Assembly: GCF_009914755.1 (NCBI RefSeq)
Contig: NC_060936.1
Source: the human T2T-CHM13v2.0 reference genome, Homo sapiens
DNA: 64,000 nt
Reading direction: 5' to 3' (one strand)
In this document: piece by piece, positions 26,354-41,138 of the stretch
Numbering within the stretch: the first letter of the stretch is position 1
Layout of the letters: each line of letters begins with the position of its first letter
Position numbers and translations under genes: made by a program
Notes under the pieces: model-generated
Seen by the model: only the letters and a program-made list of their open reading frames with translations
Databases searched by the model: none
What the model was told of the DNA's origin: nothing

Positions 26354-28514
26354 CTAAAAGAAATATAATTGTTTTATATCATATGAGATTGTCTTTTCCA
26401 GTTTAAATTTTACATCTTTATATTAGTAGACACCTACCTGTGGAGAAAAAGCCTGTAAAATATACTCAGTGAAGTCCGTACTTAAGTATAACCTTTAAAA
26501 CTAAACTTTTATAGCAGATATGGCAGCCTTAATGATACACGAATCAGAAAAATATATATAACTGTCACAGACATAACAAGATAAAACTGACATCTAGTGT
26601 ACACACAGGACACTACAATGTGTATGGAATTGGCAGTCCTTACAGCTCTGAAATCCAGTACTGCTGTGTGTGCATATTTTCTATTCAGCATTATAAAAGT
26701 CCTAATAGGCCTTAAAAATTTAAAGACTTATGTTCCTAGAAAGAATTCTAATCTTTTATATATTTTCTTATCCACTTTCAAAGCTCCATATAGCAAAATG
26801 TGAAATATGATCAATGTATGAGTATGAATACATATATACTTATACTATGCACATATTTGCTATTCAATTTATTAAGCTAAATAAACATTGGTACTTACAA
26901 TAATGATCTTTTTAAGGTCAGTGTATGGTGCAATACTGTATGGCTTAGTGAGCTTTTTGCTGTTACATAGCCAAAGATCACTAGGGGTTCTAAGTGTCTG
27001 TCGGCCACAAGGAATGCTGGAAGAATATGAATACGTGAACGCAAAAGCAAAAGCCATAGCCTATTGCTGATGCAACAGAATTGTCTTTTTAATAAACAAG
27101 GAAATTGTACATAAAATTTTTCAAAAATATATAGTTTTAAATGTTCATTGGTAGTATGCACCTTAGATAAAAGACTACCACTGCACAATTTCATAATGTA
27201 ATGATCTATGGAGCACTTTCACATCAATTTATCTTATTTGTACTCCAAATTAATCTGCCCTCTATAAAGTTAACATTATAATAACTACAAAATGGAAAAG
27301 AGCTGTAATTCAGAAGTAAATTAGTAGTCTGCCTAAATTTGGAAAACTAGCAAGTGTAGAGCCAGTCTAGGTCAGTCTTTTGACACACAGTGCAACGTTA
27401 TTCCCACTAGATACCACACTACTTTTTATAATTTTACAATAGTTTTAAATTCTGTTATGCCTTTGTTCACAATGCCACAGACTTAACAAATATAACTGTC
27501 TGGTATTTAATATGTTCTAGATTCATACTGAAATTTCATCACTAGTACTGTTATTCTGAGAGATGTGCATCTTATTTTGATACCTTTGATTATCTCCATA
27601 AAGCTTAAGTGGTACTACACCTTTGTATTAGAAACATTTTTTAATGTATTGACAAAAAATTTAAACAGCAGCATTTATTTCAGTGAGGGCTATCATCCTA
27701 AGAGAAGGAACACTCTGATCTACATATTCAGGGTGGACATAACACAACACTGTAATGTGTATAGTGGCCTGGTAATCAACCTTGTACACTGACTCTGTCA
27801 AAAAAAATGCTGAGAGATTATGCTAAAAGACTATAATGTAGTCAGTATCTACAATAAGGAAAGACATATTAGAAGATGCATAAACTGATGAGTACTGTTG
27901 TGAAAATACAGTCATCCTCAACACATGAAATTCATATATGTTAAAATTTTTAAAATCATAATAGATTTACTCCCTCCTTCCAAATGTAAACTGTATGACA
28001 CATAGTAGCAGCTCAATAAGTACTGAATGGATGAAGTAACTTAATTCATAGTCTTATTTAAACACATCCCTGTCTCCAAAGGGCTTACATTATAGTAAAG
28101 GAAGACAGATATATAAAAACTAAGTACAATAATATGTAACAGTTTCTATACAAGTACATACAGGTACAACAAGTACACAATGGAGGAAGAGTCCATTCTT
28201 CCTGTTAGAGGTCAGGATGGATTTACAGAGGTGAGAAACACTATTAAGTAAGTAAAAAAGTTCAGCTCATATCATTAGAAATAATAAATGAAGAATATAT
28301 GAAACCCTAACACAAAGCTTTACAAATCATTTTTCCCAAGTGGCATACTATAAACAGATGTTCAAATATCAAAATATAACTACCAAATAAAAATAATGTA
28401 CTATAAAAATAAGCAGTCAGTAGAGTGGTGCACAGAGAACTTTTACAAAGTCTATTTTTCAAATATGAATATGTTAACACATCAACATTTGCATTCATTT
28501 TAAAGAAGCCCTAA

Positions 28515-28810
28515 GTCAGTATTGTTCAATAGAAATATAAAGCAAGCCACATACATAATAAAGTAAAAAGAAACAGATAAAATCCATTTTAATAAAACAT
28601 TTTATTTCATTCAGTATATCCAAAATATTAAATTTTTGACACAAAATCAATACAAAAATATTCATATTTTACACTACTTTTTCACAGTAAATCTTTAAAA
28701 TCCAGTGTATATTTTATACTTACTACACATTTCAATTCAGACTAGTCACAAGTCCTCAAAAGTCACATGTGGCCAGCGGCTACCACAGTGAATAATGAAT
28801 AGTGCAGCTG
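28515..28810. mobile_element. MER33/MER3-like DNA transposon
   Basis: tgttcaatagaaatataaagcaagccacata...cacatgtggccagcggctacc. Confidence 0.7.
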
Positions 28811-28970
28811 TAGGTCATAACCTTAAAATTCCTCCCAAATTAACAACTATGCTAGAATAATATGATGAAAGCTATACATGTGACGCAACAATCCAGACAC
28901 ACTGTTCCAGAAGACCAGCCAAAATTAGATAAGACGTTTAAAATAATAAAAGCAATAATGTTATACTTTC

Positions 28971-29051
28971 TTTTTTTATTTTTTTAATTATACTTTAAGT
29001 TTTAGGGTACATGTGCACAATGTGCAGGTTTGTTACATATGTATACGTGTG
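28971..29051 (-). mobile_element. Ultra-short L1PA 3' end with 14-bp TSD
   Basis: ttatactttaagttttagggtacatgtgcacaa; TSD AATGTTATACTTTC at 28957-28970 and 29052-29065. Confidence 0.9.
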
Positions 29052-29462
29052 AATGTTATACTTTCCTTTTGTGAAAGTCTTTCATTATCAGAGACTCATA
29101 AAAACAAATAGTTTCATTCTAATTCCAACCCATTTTTCTTTCAATTCAGACTCTTGCCATCAGTCATCCACAGAGGAGGCAGCATTGTGATACTTATTGC
29201 AAAGTTGGTAAAAAGACTGATTAAAGGAAATGACTGGGAGCAAATTTGTAAAAAAAGAAACTGTAACTGAAAAACTATATTCTTTCACATTTTTACCACC
29301 AATAAGAATCTCTTTTTACTAACAAAGAACATTTTAAACCATTTATTTCATCATTCAACAAATACTAAGAGACTACCACCAATAGGAACTTTTCTAGGCA
29401 ATAGAAACAAAGCCCTCATGAAGCTTCATTCTACCAGTACTAACAGGCAAAAGACCAACAAA

Positions 29463-29510
29463 ACACACACACTCACACACACACACACACTCACACACAC
29501 ACACACTCAC
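29463..29510. repeat. Interrupted (CA)n microsatellite
   Basis: Seen directly. Confidence 0.9.
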
Positions 29511-29774
29511 AAAGATAAGAGCTATAGAAAACAATAAAAGAGGGAAAAGTCATAGGAAGTGGCAAAAATGAAGTCACAATTTTTAAATAGGATCGTTAGA
29601 GTAGGCTTACCCGAAAAGGAGACAGTTGAGCAAAGACATAAAGGGAGGTGAAAGAATGAGTAATAAGGAGAGCTAAACAGTGAAAAAAAAATCTTGTGTC
29701 CTCAATAAGATAACCTAAAAATATACTAATAAACAATAACTGATACATTCACAATGTAGGTTTGTTTTACTTAC

Positions 29775-29939
29775 TGGAGGATTGATTTCATATAACTCTT
29801 TGTTTTTAGCAATTGTGTCATTTATCTTCTTCTGCATATGAGAGATGTGTTGTTCATATGAGCCATCATTAGGAGTCTTCCCAGCAATCTGAATACCACC
29901 AGGAGTTGGTAAAGCTGCTAAATACACACCTGTGGCAGA
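29775..29939 (-). CDS. C2CD5: C2CD5 exon (SATGVYLAAL...YEINPP)
   Basis: ttttacaag|TCT acceptor; CCA|gtaagt donor; 165 nt; phase 0-0; overlaps ORF 29715..29927. Confidence 0.96.
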
Positions 29940-30025
29940 CTTGTAAAAAATAATGGGGAAATAATCAGAAAAAATATCTACAGAATAACAGTCCTTAAGT
30001 TTTCATATTTAAGAATGTGGTCAAC

Positions 30026-30335
30026 AGCTGGGTGCAGTGGCTCACACCTGTAATCCCAGTACTTTGGGAGGCCAAGGCGGGCAGATCACTTGAGGTCAGG
30101 AGTTTGAGACCAGCCTGGCCAACAAGGTGAAACCCCGTCTCTCCTAAAAATACAAAAATTAGCCAGGTGTAGTGGTGTGTGCCCATAATCCCTGCTACTC
30201 AGGAGGGTGAGGCAGGACAATCACTTGAACCCGGGAGGCAGAGGTTGCAGTGAGTCAGGATCATGCCTCTGCACTCCAGCCTGGGCAACAGAGCAAGACT
30301 CTGTCTCAAAAAAAAGAAAAAAAGGGAAAAAAAAA
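30026..30335 (+). mobile_element. AluS
   Basis: Full dimer; TSD aagaatgtg(g/a)tc. Confidence 0.94.
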
Positions 30336-30540
30336 CAAGAATGTGATCTTTGCTCATTAGGAAGAATATAATCAGCATCAGGGTATACATAGGACATCTC
30401 TGGAAAGGCACACAAAAACAACTGGTAATAAGCGTTGGTTTCTTTTGGGGAGGACCCTGGGTAGGTGGGAGACAGTTACGAAATGCGGATTTACTTTTCA
30501 CTGCATACCCAATTATATTTTTTATGTTTCTACCTCACAA

Positions 30541-30836
30541 TTTTTTTTTTTTTGAGACGAAGTCCCACGCTTTCACCCAGGCTGGAGTGTAGTGGCGTGA
30601 TCTCGGCTCACTGCAACCTCCAACTCCTGGGTTCAAGCGATTCTTCTGCCTCAGCCTCCTGAGTAGCTAGGATTACAGGTGCCCACCACCACACTCAGCT
30701 AATTTTTGTATTTTTAGTAGAGATGGGTTTTCATCATGTTGGCCAGGCTGGTCTCCAACTCCTGACCTCAATTGATCCGCCTGCCTTGGCCTCCTAAAGT
30801 GCTGGGATTACGGGCCTGAGTCACTGGGCCCGGACC
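30541..30836 (-). mobile_element. AluS
   Basis: Full dimer; TSD tacctca(c/t)aatt. Confidence 0.94.
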
Positions 30837-32219
30837 TACCTCATAATTTAAAAAAATATATAATTAGAATTAAAAATAGCAAAAAAAAAATTAAAGGTTG
30901 CTAAAAAATAAATTTTTCATGAATGAGCAGATGCTCTATCTTTAAAGGTGGCAAAAGTGAAGAGGAAACTTTTGCAAGGCAAGAGACTGAAATTCAGAAA
31001 GGACAGGGAACTTTCTCAAGCCAAGTCAATAAATGTGGACAAACGATCTGAACTGAGTGTTTCTCACTCTAAAACCCAAACGCATTTCACTATATTGCCC
31101 TACCTTCCTAATTAGCAGAGAAAAGTGTTTATTAGATACAGATTTATTTTAAATATCTAATTAAATTACTATTTAATATCTGACTCTGAAACAGTACTAT
31201 ATTTCATTAGTACTGGAAAACTATCATGGGAAATACAAAACAAGGTAACATTTATATATATCCTTATGAGCACTTATGTGTAAATATGCTAATATAAGCA
31301 AAGCAAAAAAAATAGAAGCATAAACATCAAATTGTTAACATCAAAGGAGTGGAATGGGAAACAGAAAAGAATTCTTTTAACTCTAGATATTTGTTATTAT
31401 TATTTTTTAAATTAATCAACTGCCAATTTTGTGAACACCAATCCTAAAAAGGGATTGATGAAGAAATCTGCATAGTAGATAAAATTGTTCCTCAAGAGTG
31501 CTTACTCCTGGTTTGTTCATTAGTGTCCATCACTGTATACATGACCCAATCTCTAATATTCAACCAGGGAACCCCCTTCTCTATGCCATATGAAGCCTTA
31601 GTCCACCACCTCTAATGTGTTTTAGCTCCACTCATTAACGAAGCAACAGCCCTGAACAGCTGAGAACACAGACTCTGGCATCAGAGAGGCCTGATTTGAA
31701 ATCCATTTCTAACACATGTAACCACATCACTTTACAGTCTCAACCTATCACAGCACACAGTTTCTCCTCCTGTAAAGTGAAGATAATATCACATTCCTTC
31801 TAGAATAGCACAGTGCCAGACACCTCGTCGGCACTCATCAGAGATCACCTAAGAAAGAAGCTACTCTTGAGAACTTAGGATTTAAGTGCACAAACTATAA
31901 CAAAGCACAAAGATGAAATGTCAAACAGTGGTAGTTAACAGCACTAGTGATCAAGAAGGAAAGAAAAGATTAGTATGAATCAGAAAAGCAATATTTGAGG
32001 CAAGTCTTGAATTACATCAGTGTCATAAACTAGTTTCCTGGGGCTCAACCATCAAAAACGTTTGTTATAGCTAGCAAAATGTTTTTTAAACCCCTCAATT
32101 TGAATCCAGCTCTTAATTGACATGCATAGGCACCCACCAATCATTACAGTCTTGCATCAAGCACAAATTATACATTTATGTAATGTCCTCACTAGGCATA
32201 CAAATTTTTAGACCACTGA

Positions 32220-32582
<363 letters not shown>

Positions 32583-33111
32583 TAATATGAACCAAGTTAC
32601 CTAATTATTACAAATTTCTGTCGTTAGAAAACTGTAATACCTAATTAGTTTATCATCATCATACAATTATCCTCTACATACAAAACTTTACATTTTTGCT
32701 CTTAAAGAAAGATGAAACAGGAAACAAATGTGCATCTGACCTACAAATGTATAGAGACAAAAAAGTCCAATTCTATAAATTTCTTAAAATTAAATGTCTA
32801 TGCACTCTCAAAAAGATGGCAAGAGAATTCAAATTTGAAAACTGCCAATAACACAGCCAAAATGCTGGTTAGCAAAGTACCTAGAAAATGAGAGAATTTC
32901 CATAAACGTGGTTCATCAGATTCCATATGATCAATACACTTTTTGCAGGCACCTGGTTCTCTGAGTCCTACACTACTTATAGAAGCAGCACTGGCTTTCC
33001 TCATTAACATCTTTCCAGTCAGAATTTATTTGCTAACAAGCCAAAATGAACATTAAGCTGAGACACAGCTTTTTCTTGTCTCATATTTCATCGGCACTTA
33101 AGAAACACACC

Positions 33112-33393
33112 TTTTTTTTTTTTTTTTTTTTTTTGAGACAGAGCCTCACTCTGTCGCCTCGGTTGGAGTGCAGTGATGTGATCAGGGTTCACTGCAGCCT
33201 CAACCTCCCAGGACTCAATTAATCCTCCCACTTAAGCTTCCTGCCAGCACACCTGGTGTATTTTTTTTTTTTTTTTTTTTTTTATAGAGACAGTGGTCTC
33301 ACCCGGGCTGGTCTAACTTCTGGGCTCAAGTGATCCTCCCACCTCAGCTGCCCAAAGTGTTGGAATTATGGGTGTGAGCCAACGCACCTGGCC
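33112..33393 (-). mobile_element. AluJ (degenerate)
   Basis: Dimer with deletions; flanking agaaacac repeat. Confidence 0.87.
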
Positions 33394-33529
33394 AGAAACA
33401 CCTGTATTTTATTACACAGTCTACCACTGGCCACAGGTGCACATTTATGATAAAGTTTAATTGTCTGTCCAATAGTGTCTCACATGTTTTGCTTTATCTT
33501 CTCCATCAAAACTAAAGATTAATCCACAT

Positions 33530-33725
33530 CCTGGGGTAATTTTGCTCCACTCACCAAGGGACATTTGGCAATTTCTGAAGACATTCTTGTGTGTCACAAC
33601 TGGGGGGATGCTACTAGCTTATAGTGGGGAATTGCCATGGATGCTGCTAAGCGTCCTACAATGCACAACTCAGTTCCCTGCAACAAAGAGGTATCCTGCC
33701 CTAGTACTGAGATGGAGGAACCCTG
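33530..33725. mobile_element. MER20-like DNA transposon
   Basis: gggacatttggcaatttctgaagacatt...ggatgctgctaagcgtcctacaatgcaca. Confidence 0.75.
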
Positions 33726-34018
33726 TTTTAGCAATATGTAAACAATAATAAAGTCCAGAAAAACTGTGGCCAACTTATTAAGCAAGCGACAAATGATAAT
33801 TTTTAGAAATAGAATTATTAAAGTTGTGATCACAGTCCCTTTAAAATATGTGAAAACCTATCACCAGATTTTTCACTTCTTAAAATGTCCTCGTCCCATA
33901 AAGGTCTTAATGTCAAAGTCTTTAGATAAGCCTTTGAAAAGACTATTTGAATCACATAACATAGAATCTACTATAATTAAGGAAATCATAAAACAAAACC
34001 AAAAACATCTAAACTTAC

Positions 34019-34205
34019 CGCTAAGCCCATCAACATATTTTCACCCACTGTGATCTGAATTCTTAGTCCAAACAAAGCATTCATTCCTTTGAGTTTTAGT
34101 TTATTCATTAGCTGAGTATGCACTTCATATTCCATAAATGGCAAGAGATTACTGATAGCTGTAGCATTTGCTTCTGCCTGTGCTTTCTTTTTTAAGCGAC
34201 ATAAC
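34019..34205 (-). CDS. C2CD5: C2CD5 exon (RLCRLKKKAQ...MLMGLA)
   Basis: tttacag|G acceptor; GCG|gtaagt donor; 187 nt; phase 2-0. Confidence 0.96.
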
Positions 34206-34394
34206 CTGTAAAGGAAAATAAGTCAGTGAACAGTATTCTTGGTACCACCTTTAAAAATGTCCAAATTTTAAAACTTGCTAAAAGTGTGCTGAATAAAACA
34301 TTTACTTGTTTCTAATGGGCTTACTGAGTTATATCAATAATCTGTTCTGCTTTTTGTCATTGTATAAACTTGCACTAAAAATCCTATTTCATAA

Positions 34395-34650
34395 CAGGTA
34401 CAAAAAAATAGGAAGAATGAATAAGACCTAGTATTTGATAGCACAACAGGGTATCTACAGTCAATAATAATTGTACAAGTTAAAATAACTAAAAGAGTAT
34501 AACAGGACTGTTTCTAACACAAAGGATAAATGCGTGAGGGGATGGATACCCCATCTTCCATGATGTGATTATTATGTATTACATGCCTGTATCAAAGTAG
34601 CTCATGTACCCTATAAATACATACACCTGTTTACCCACAAAAATTAAATA
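34395..34650 (+). mobile_element. L1MA 3' end
   Basis: aagaatgaataagacctagtatttgatagcacaacagggt...catgtaccctataaata. Confidence 0.85.
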
Positions 34651-36158
34651 TTTTAAAGAATCATATTTCAATAAAGAAAAATAAAAAATCTTAAAATCTC
34701 TAAAAATGAAATAATGACCAAAATCACTAGAGAATATCATTTAAAATCTTAGGTTTTATAACTGCATGTGTTCAATATAAATGGAAAGCAGAAGAAAATG
34801 TTAGTCATTAAAAAAAATACAAAAGTCACTTGAGCATCTACTTCGTGCCACATAGGCTACATTCAAAGGGACAGTAATTAGACTAATAGATTATTTCTCA
34901 ACAGTAGCAATGAAAGCCAGAAGACAGTGGTGAAAGAGTACTTCAATGTGCTGTAAAGAAATAGCTGCCAGCCCAAAATATTTTTTAAGATAAAAGTAAA
35001 ATAAACACATTTTTCAGACAGACAAAAAAAATAGCTCACCACCAGCAGACCATCAAAAGAAATACTAAAGCGTACATTTAAGGCAAAAGGAAAACAATCC
35101 CAAATGGAAGGTCTAAGATTCAAGAGGGAAAAAAATAAATGGATTAGAAATACATTTTAGAAGAAAAATCAACGGACTTTGTAATAAATTTGATGTGGGG
35201 AGGTTGAGAAAGAGGACAGTGCCAAAGAATACCAAATTTGGCATGAAGAACTGGATAGAGAAAGGTACCATTCATTAAAACAGAAAAGGCTAATAAGAAA
35301 AGTGAAGAAAATCAGCAGTTCAATGTGGAACGCGTATGAGATGCCTATGGCTTATCAAAATGGGGTATGAAGTAGACAGGTATAAGTCTAAAGCTCAAAA
35401 GAAAGTTCCGGACTAGAGTTACAAATCTGGGAGTCACAGACACATAGATCTATATAAGTTGATGAGTTCAACTAAGGAGAGAGCTTTGGGCAGAGGGTCC
35501 AAACCCATGGCTCTCAAGGATCAAGAAATGAGAAGTCATCAAGGAGGATGAAGATTATACATAAAGGTAGGAAAACATAGAAGGTGTAGCATCATGAAGT
35601 CAAAGGAATTTCAAGGCGAAAATAATTAATGGTGTCACTATTGCTGAGATGTCAGAACTAAGATGAGGACAGAAGTACCTGATGGATTTGGTAACCTGGC
35701 AGCTGTTGTCATGAGTTCCCCAATTAGGATTTCCTACTCCAGTGCATTTTAAAAGGAACTCTTACCAGCTAATTAAAGCAGTAAAAGAAACACTTCATGG
35801 CACTGTTCTTTAAAAGAAAAAAAGAGAGTCAACTTCTAAAATGTGTTACATATTGAATGTAATTGAAGCAATCTATACTTAGTCACATCCCTAGCCTTTG
35901 GCAGGTTAATAATTCCCAAAATGACAAATATTTGTGTAGAATTTAAAGTTAAAAACTGCTTTTGTACACAAACTTATTTGAGTTTTACACAGAGGGTTTT
36001 TTTTTTACATGCAATAAAATACAAAGTTCCAGCAGAATTGTCCAGTTTGTGCAGGATCAAACAGGTAGGAAACAGTAAAGCTGACACTTAAAAATAGGTT
36101 TACGGCTCCCTATCTCATACTTTTTCAGGGACACCGAGTGTTGTTTTCACAAACATAC

Positions 36159-36350
36159 CTTGCTTGAATAAGACAACCTTTTCCAATAACTGTTGCATCT
36201 GTTGGGAGGTCTATAGTTGTAAACAGAACATCAGGAACTTTTTGTTTCCTGCAGTTATAGCAATATGTGAGATGAGCTGGAAATGGCATATTCAGTTCAT
36301 CATATGGTATATGACAAAATCCACAACGTGTAGGCAAATTTTCTTCAAGC
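36159..36350 (-). CDS. C2CD5: C2CD5 exon (LEENLPTRCGFCH...CYNC...CLIQAR)
   Basis: tatatag|G acceptor; AAG|gtatgt donor; 192 nt; phase 2-2; overlaps ORF 36125..36337. Confidence 0.96.
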
Positions 36351-36749
36351 CTATATAAATAAATAAAAAAATAAGATATTCTTTAAAAATGTACCAATTT
36401 TTTCAAAAATAATTATGTAACTGATATTACATACACAGTACTTGTATACGAACTATCCAACTTCTACTGCTGTAGGCTACAAAAGTACCACTAAGGCTGA
36501 TAAGAATTGAAAATGACCATGAAATCAGAACCATACATTTTTCCTATGAGAGAAAAGACTTACCAATTGCAAAGTCATTTTGCACCAATTTATTTGTTTG
36601 ATGACTTACCACCTGACAAACATCACTATCACCCCAAAGTTTTTTCTCTGGGATACAACATTTTTAAAAAATGGTTAGATGATAATGATGACATTTTCCC
36701 ACTGGTTGACAAATATAACCACAAAAAAAATTCCCAAAGAAAAAAATAT

Positions 36750-36950
36750 TTTGGTTACCAGAGGCTGGGAAGGGTAGTGGCAGGCTGGAGGGAAGGTGGG
36801 GATGGCTAATGGGTACAAAAAAATAGAAAGAATGAATAAGACCTAGCGTTTGATAGCACAACAAGGTGACTATAATTGATAATTTAATTGTACATTTTCA
36901 TGTACCCTATAAATATATACAGCTACTAGGTACCCCCCAAAATTAAAAAA
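36750..36950 (+). mobile_element. L1MA 3' end (internally deleted)
   Basis: ggttaccagaggctgggaagggtagtgg...aagaatgaataagacctag. Confidence 0.85.
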
Positions 36951-38303
36951 AATCCAAGTGTAATAATTTTTTAATTTAATGTAAAAAAGTATTAAAAAAG
37001 AAAAATAGTAAGTCAAAAACAGGCATACTCTAAGATTTCTAATTTCCTATGATAGTTTTAACTTTTTTGAAAAACCAAAACATCTATTTCATAAAGTCAT
37101 ACTAAGCACTAAGTAGCAGGCCTCATGTTTGAATTTCAGTTTGTTTGAATCCAAAGCCAATGTGTTATAAGAGGGTACAAAAGGATGAAAACTGAAGCAA
37201 TTTTTAACTAAACAGCTCACACAAATTTCAATATTAGTGGTATACATAAGGCATAAAAATAAAAGTATTAAAATTTATGAAAGCATTTAAAATATGAAAT
37301 GTACACAGGGATTATCCCTGAATAGTGAGATCATAAGGAATCTTCTCTTCCTTCTACTCTCCTACATTCTCCAAATTTTTTTTTTGATTCATTTTAAAAA
37401 TTTAATGAAGAAAACAAGTACTTTGCAACTAAGCATTATACGAGTCAAATGCAGATAGCTATCAAAACATTTCTAAAATAACCAAAGTTATTATACTTAA
37501 GTCCTGTTAAGTCCTGGTTTTCCTAATACACATCTTATATTCAAATTTCTCTATGGGATGGGTTACTTAATAAAGTGAGAATCCTGTACTTAGGATCCCT
37601 AGTTTTGACCTGCTACTTATCCTGTCTTTTTAAAACCAGGCTTGAATGGAAAAAAAAAAAAAAAAAACACTGCAAAGCACACTCTGAAGCTTTTGCTTAA
37701 GGGACAGCTCTACTTCAGCCCGTTCACTGTGGTCACTCATTCCCAGCTACTACACTGCTCTCGTATCGTTGGTTCCTGACTGATCTGCACTCTAGTTTGT
37801 TCAGGAAAGTCTAGAGGTGAAGCTTTAATCCTAATCCAGTTTCCTTTCCCCATATCAGTGCCAGAGCATTAGCAGAACCAGTATTTCTACATAAGGGAAA
37901 ACTAATGAATTCATTTTAAACCAACTTCTTATAAGCCAAGACAAGGCATTAGCTATCAGTCATGACTTCAAATAAATACAACTGCTGAGGACTAGCACAT
38001 TGCATTTTTTCAACCACAGGTATAACCTGTGCATTTAGGTTATTTTATTTTCCTTTCAGGAAAATACTCAATATAATTAAACATCTGCTCTCTAACATCC
38101 TATACAAATGAATGGCTGATGATTTTAGAATCACTGACAGTTTGGTTTAAAGACAGAAGCTCATTTAATTTATTGTTTTTAATAGAATATTTCTTAAGTG
38201 ACATTTTAAGGAAATGCCAAGAATGTTGGTAGAACTAGAGTGTGTAGTGTAAGAAAAAGATGCAAAATTTAAGCCTTCCTTAAACTGCAGAATTAACTTG
38301 TGA

Positions 38304-39668
<1,365 letters not shown>

Positions 39669-40328
39669 AAAGAAATAGCAAACAAATGAGGATAAGAATT
39701 TCTATAGGCAGCATAGTGAATTAGCATGAAAAATGACAGCTGACTTCAAGGCAAGACGTAGGAAATCTTACAAAGCATATAAGAATTTGAAAAGGATGGC
39801 AATCTAGCATCATTTGATATAGGAACTCTCCAAATTTTTTCTAATAAGCAGTAATAATTTTTATAGCAGAAAGAAAAGGCATTTTCCTTGTTTTTTTCTT
39901 TTTTTTTTTACAACTAGGGGTGGCACCTATTGTATTGAACTACTATATAAGAGAATTTATTGTATTCGTCCAAGCCACAATACAGAAAAAAACCAAGCTA
40001 CATGAAAAAGGTCATTTGTTAAATTAGGCTTCCTATCAACTTAAGAATGAAATCTACAGACGTGTAAGAACTATATTGTATCACTGGTACAACTCACTGA
40101 CAAAGAGAGTTTCCTCAATAGAATATTCTAATTATTTACTGTGCTTCAAAATGCCCCACCTTCACTTTCCTATTTACAATGACCTTTAAGGCTCTGGAAT
40201 TCATAATAGTCAATATCCATTTTAATACTGACAAAAGAAACTGACCAAGTTCCTCTAGTGAATACCAGAACTAGAATATCTTAGTTATAAATGCGTGCAA
40301 GTTTATACTAAACTTGACAAGATACAGA

Positions 40329-40638
40329 ATTTTTTTGCTTTTTTTTTTTTTTTAAATAGAGTCTCACTCTGTTGCCCAGGTTAGAGAACAGTGGTGCCAT
40401 CTTGGCTCACTGCAACCTCCACCTCCCAGGCTCAAGCAATCAATTCTTCTGCCTTAGCCTCCTGAGTAGCTGGGATTAGAGGCGCCCACCATCACACCAG
40501 GCTAATTTTTGTATTTTTAGTGGAGACGGGGTTTCACCATGTTGGCCAGGCTGGTCTCAAACTCCTGACCTCAAGTGATCCACCCACCTCAGCCTCACAA
40601 AGTGCTAGGATTACAGGCGTGAGCCACCGCACTTGGCC
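40329..40638 (-). mobile_element. AluS
   Basis: Full dimer. Confidence 0.93.
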
Positions 40639-40802
40639 TTTGCTTCCTTTCTTAATATATACTTAATATATTAATACTGGGGAGGGGGGAAGTAAATAGG
40701 CACACTGTGGCATAAGGGGTAATTAAAATCTGTATTATCCAGGTAGACTCTGGTACCAAACTAATAGTTTATATATGTGTATATATATATATATTTAAAT
40801 AT

Positions 40803-41138
40803 ACAGTCACCCTTCCGTATCCATGGGTTTGGCATGTATGGATTCAACCAATCACAGGTTGAAAATAGGAAAACAATAAAAAATCCCACAAAATTCCAAA
40901 AAGCAAAACTTGAATTTGCCACATGCTCAGCATTACACTGAATCCATGAAAATGAAATGATGAACAGGTATTATATCAGGTATTATAAATAATCTAGAGA
41001 TTATTTAAAGTATAGGGGAGAATGTGCATAGGTTACATGCAAATACTATACCATTTTATATAAGGGACTTGAGCATCTGCAGGTTTTGGTATCTGCAAGG
41101 GGTCCTGGAACCAATTCCCTATGGACACGGAAGGACCA
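40803..41138. mobile_element. Tigger3-like TcMar DNA transposon
   Basis: cagtcacccttccgtatccatggg ... ccctatggacacggaaggacc imperfect TIRs in TA-rich flanks. Confidence 0.8.

Noticed and set aside
32798-33010. 70-aa minus-strand ORF (MLMRKASAAS...)
   Set aside because: No usable acceptor, weak donor, not part of the reconstructed reading frame
34395-36950. Two similar ~200-bp segments flanking an exon (possible local duplication)
   Set aside because: Both are L1MA 3' ends, so family homology explains the similarity
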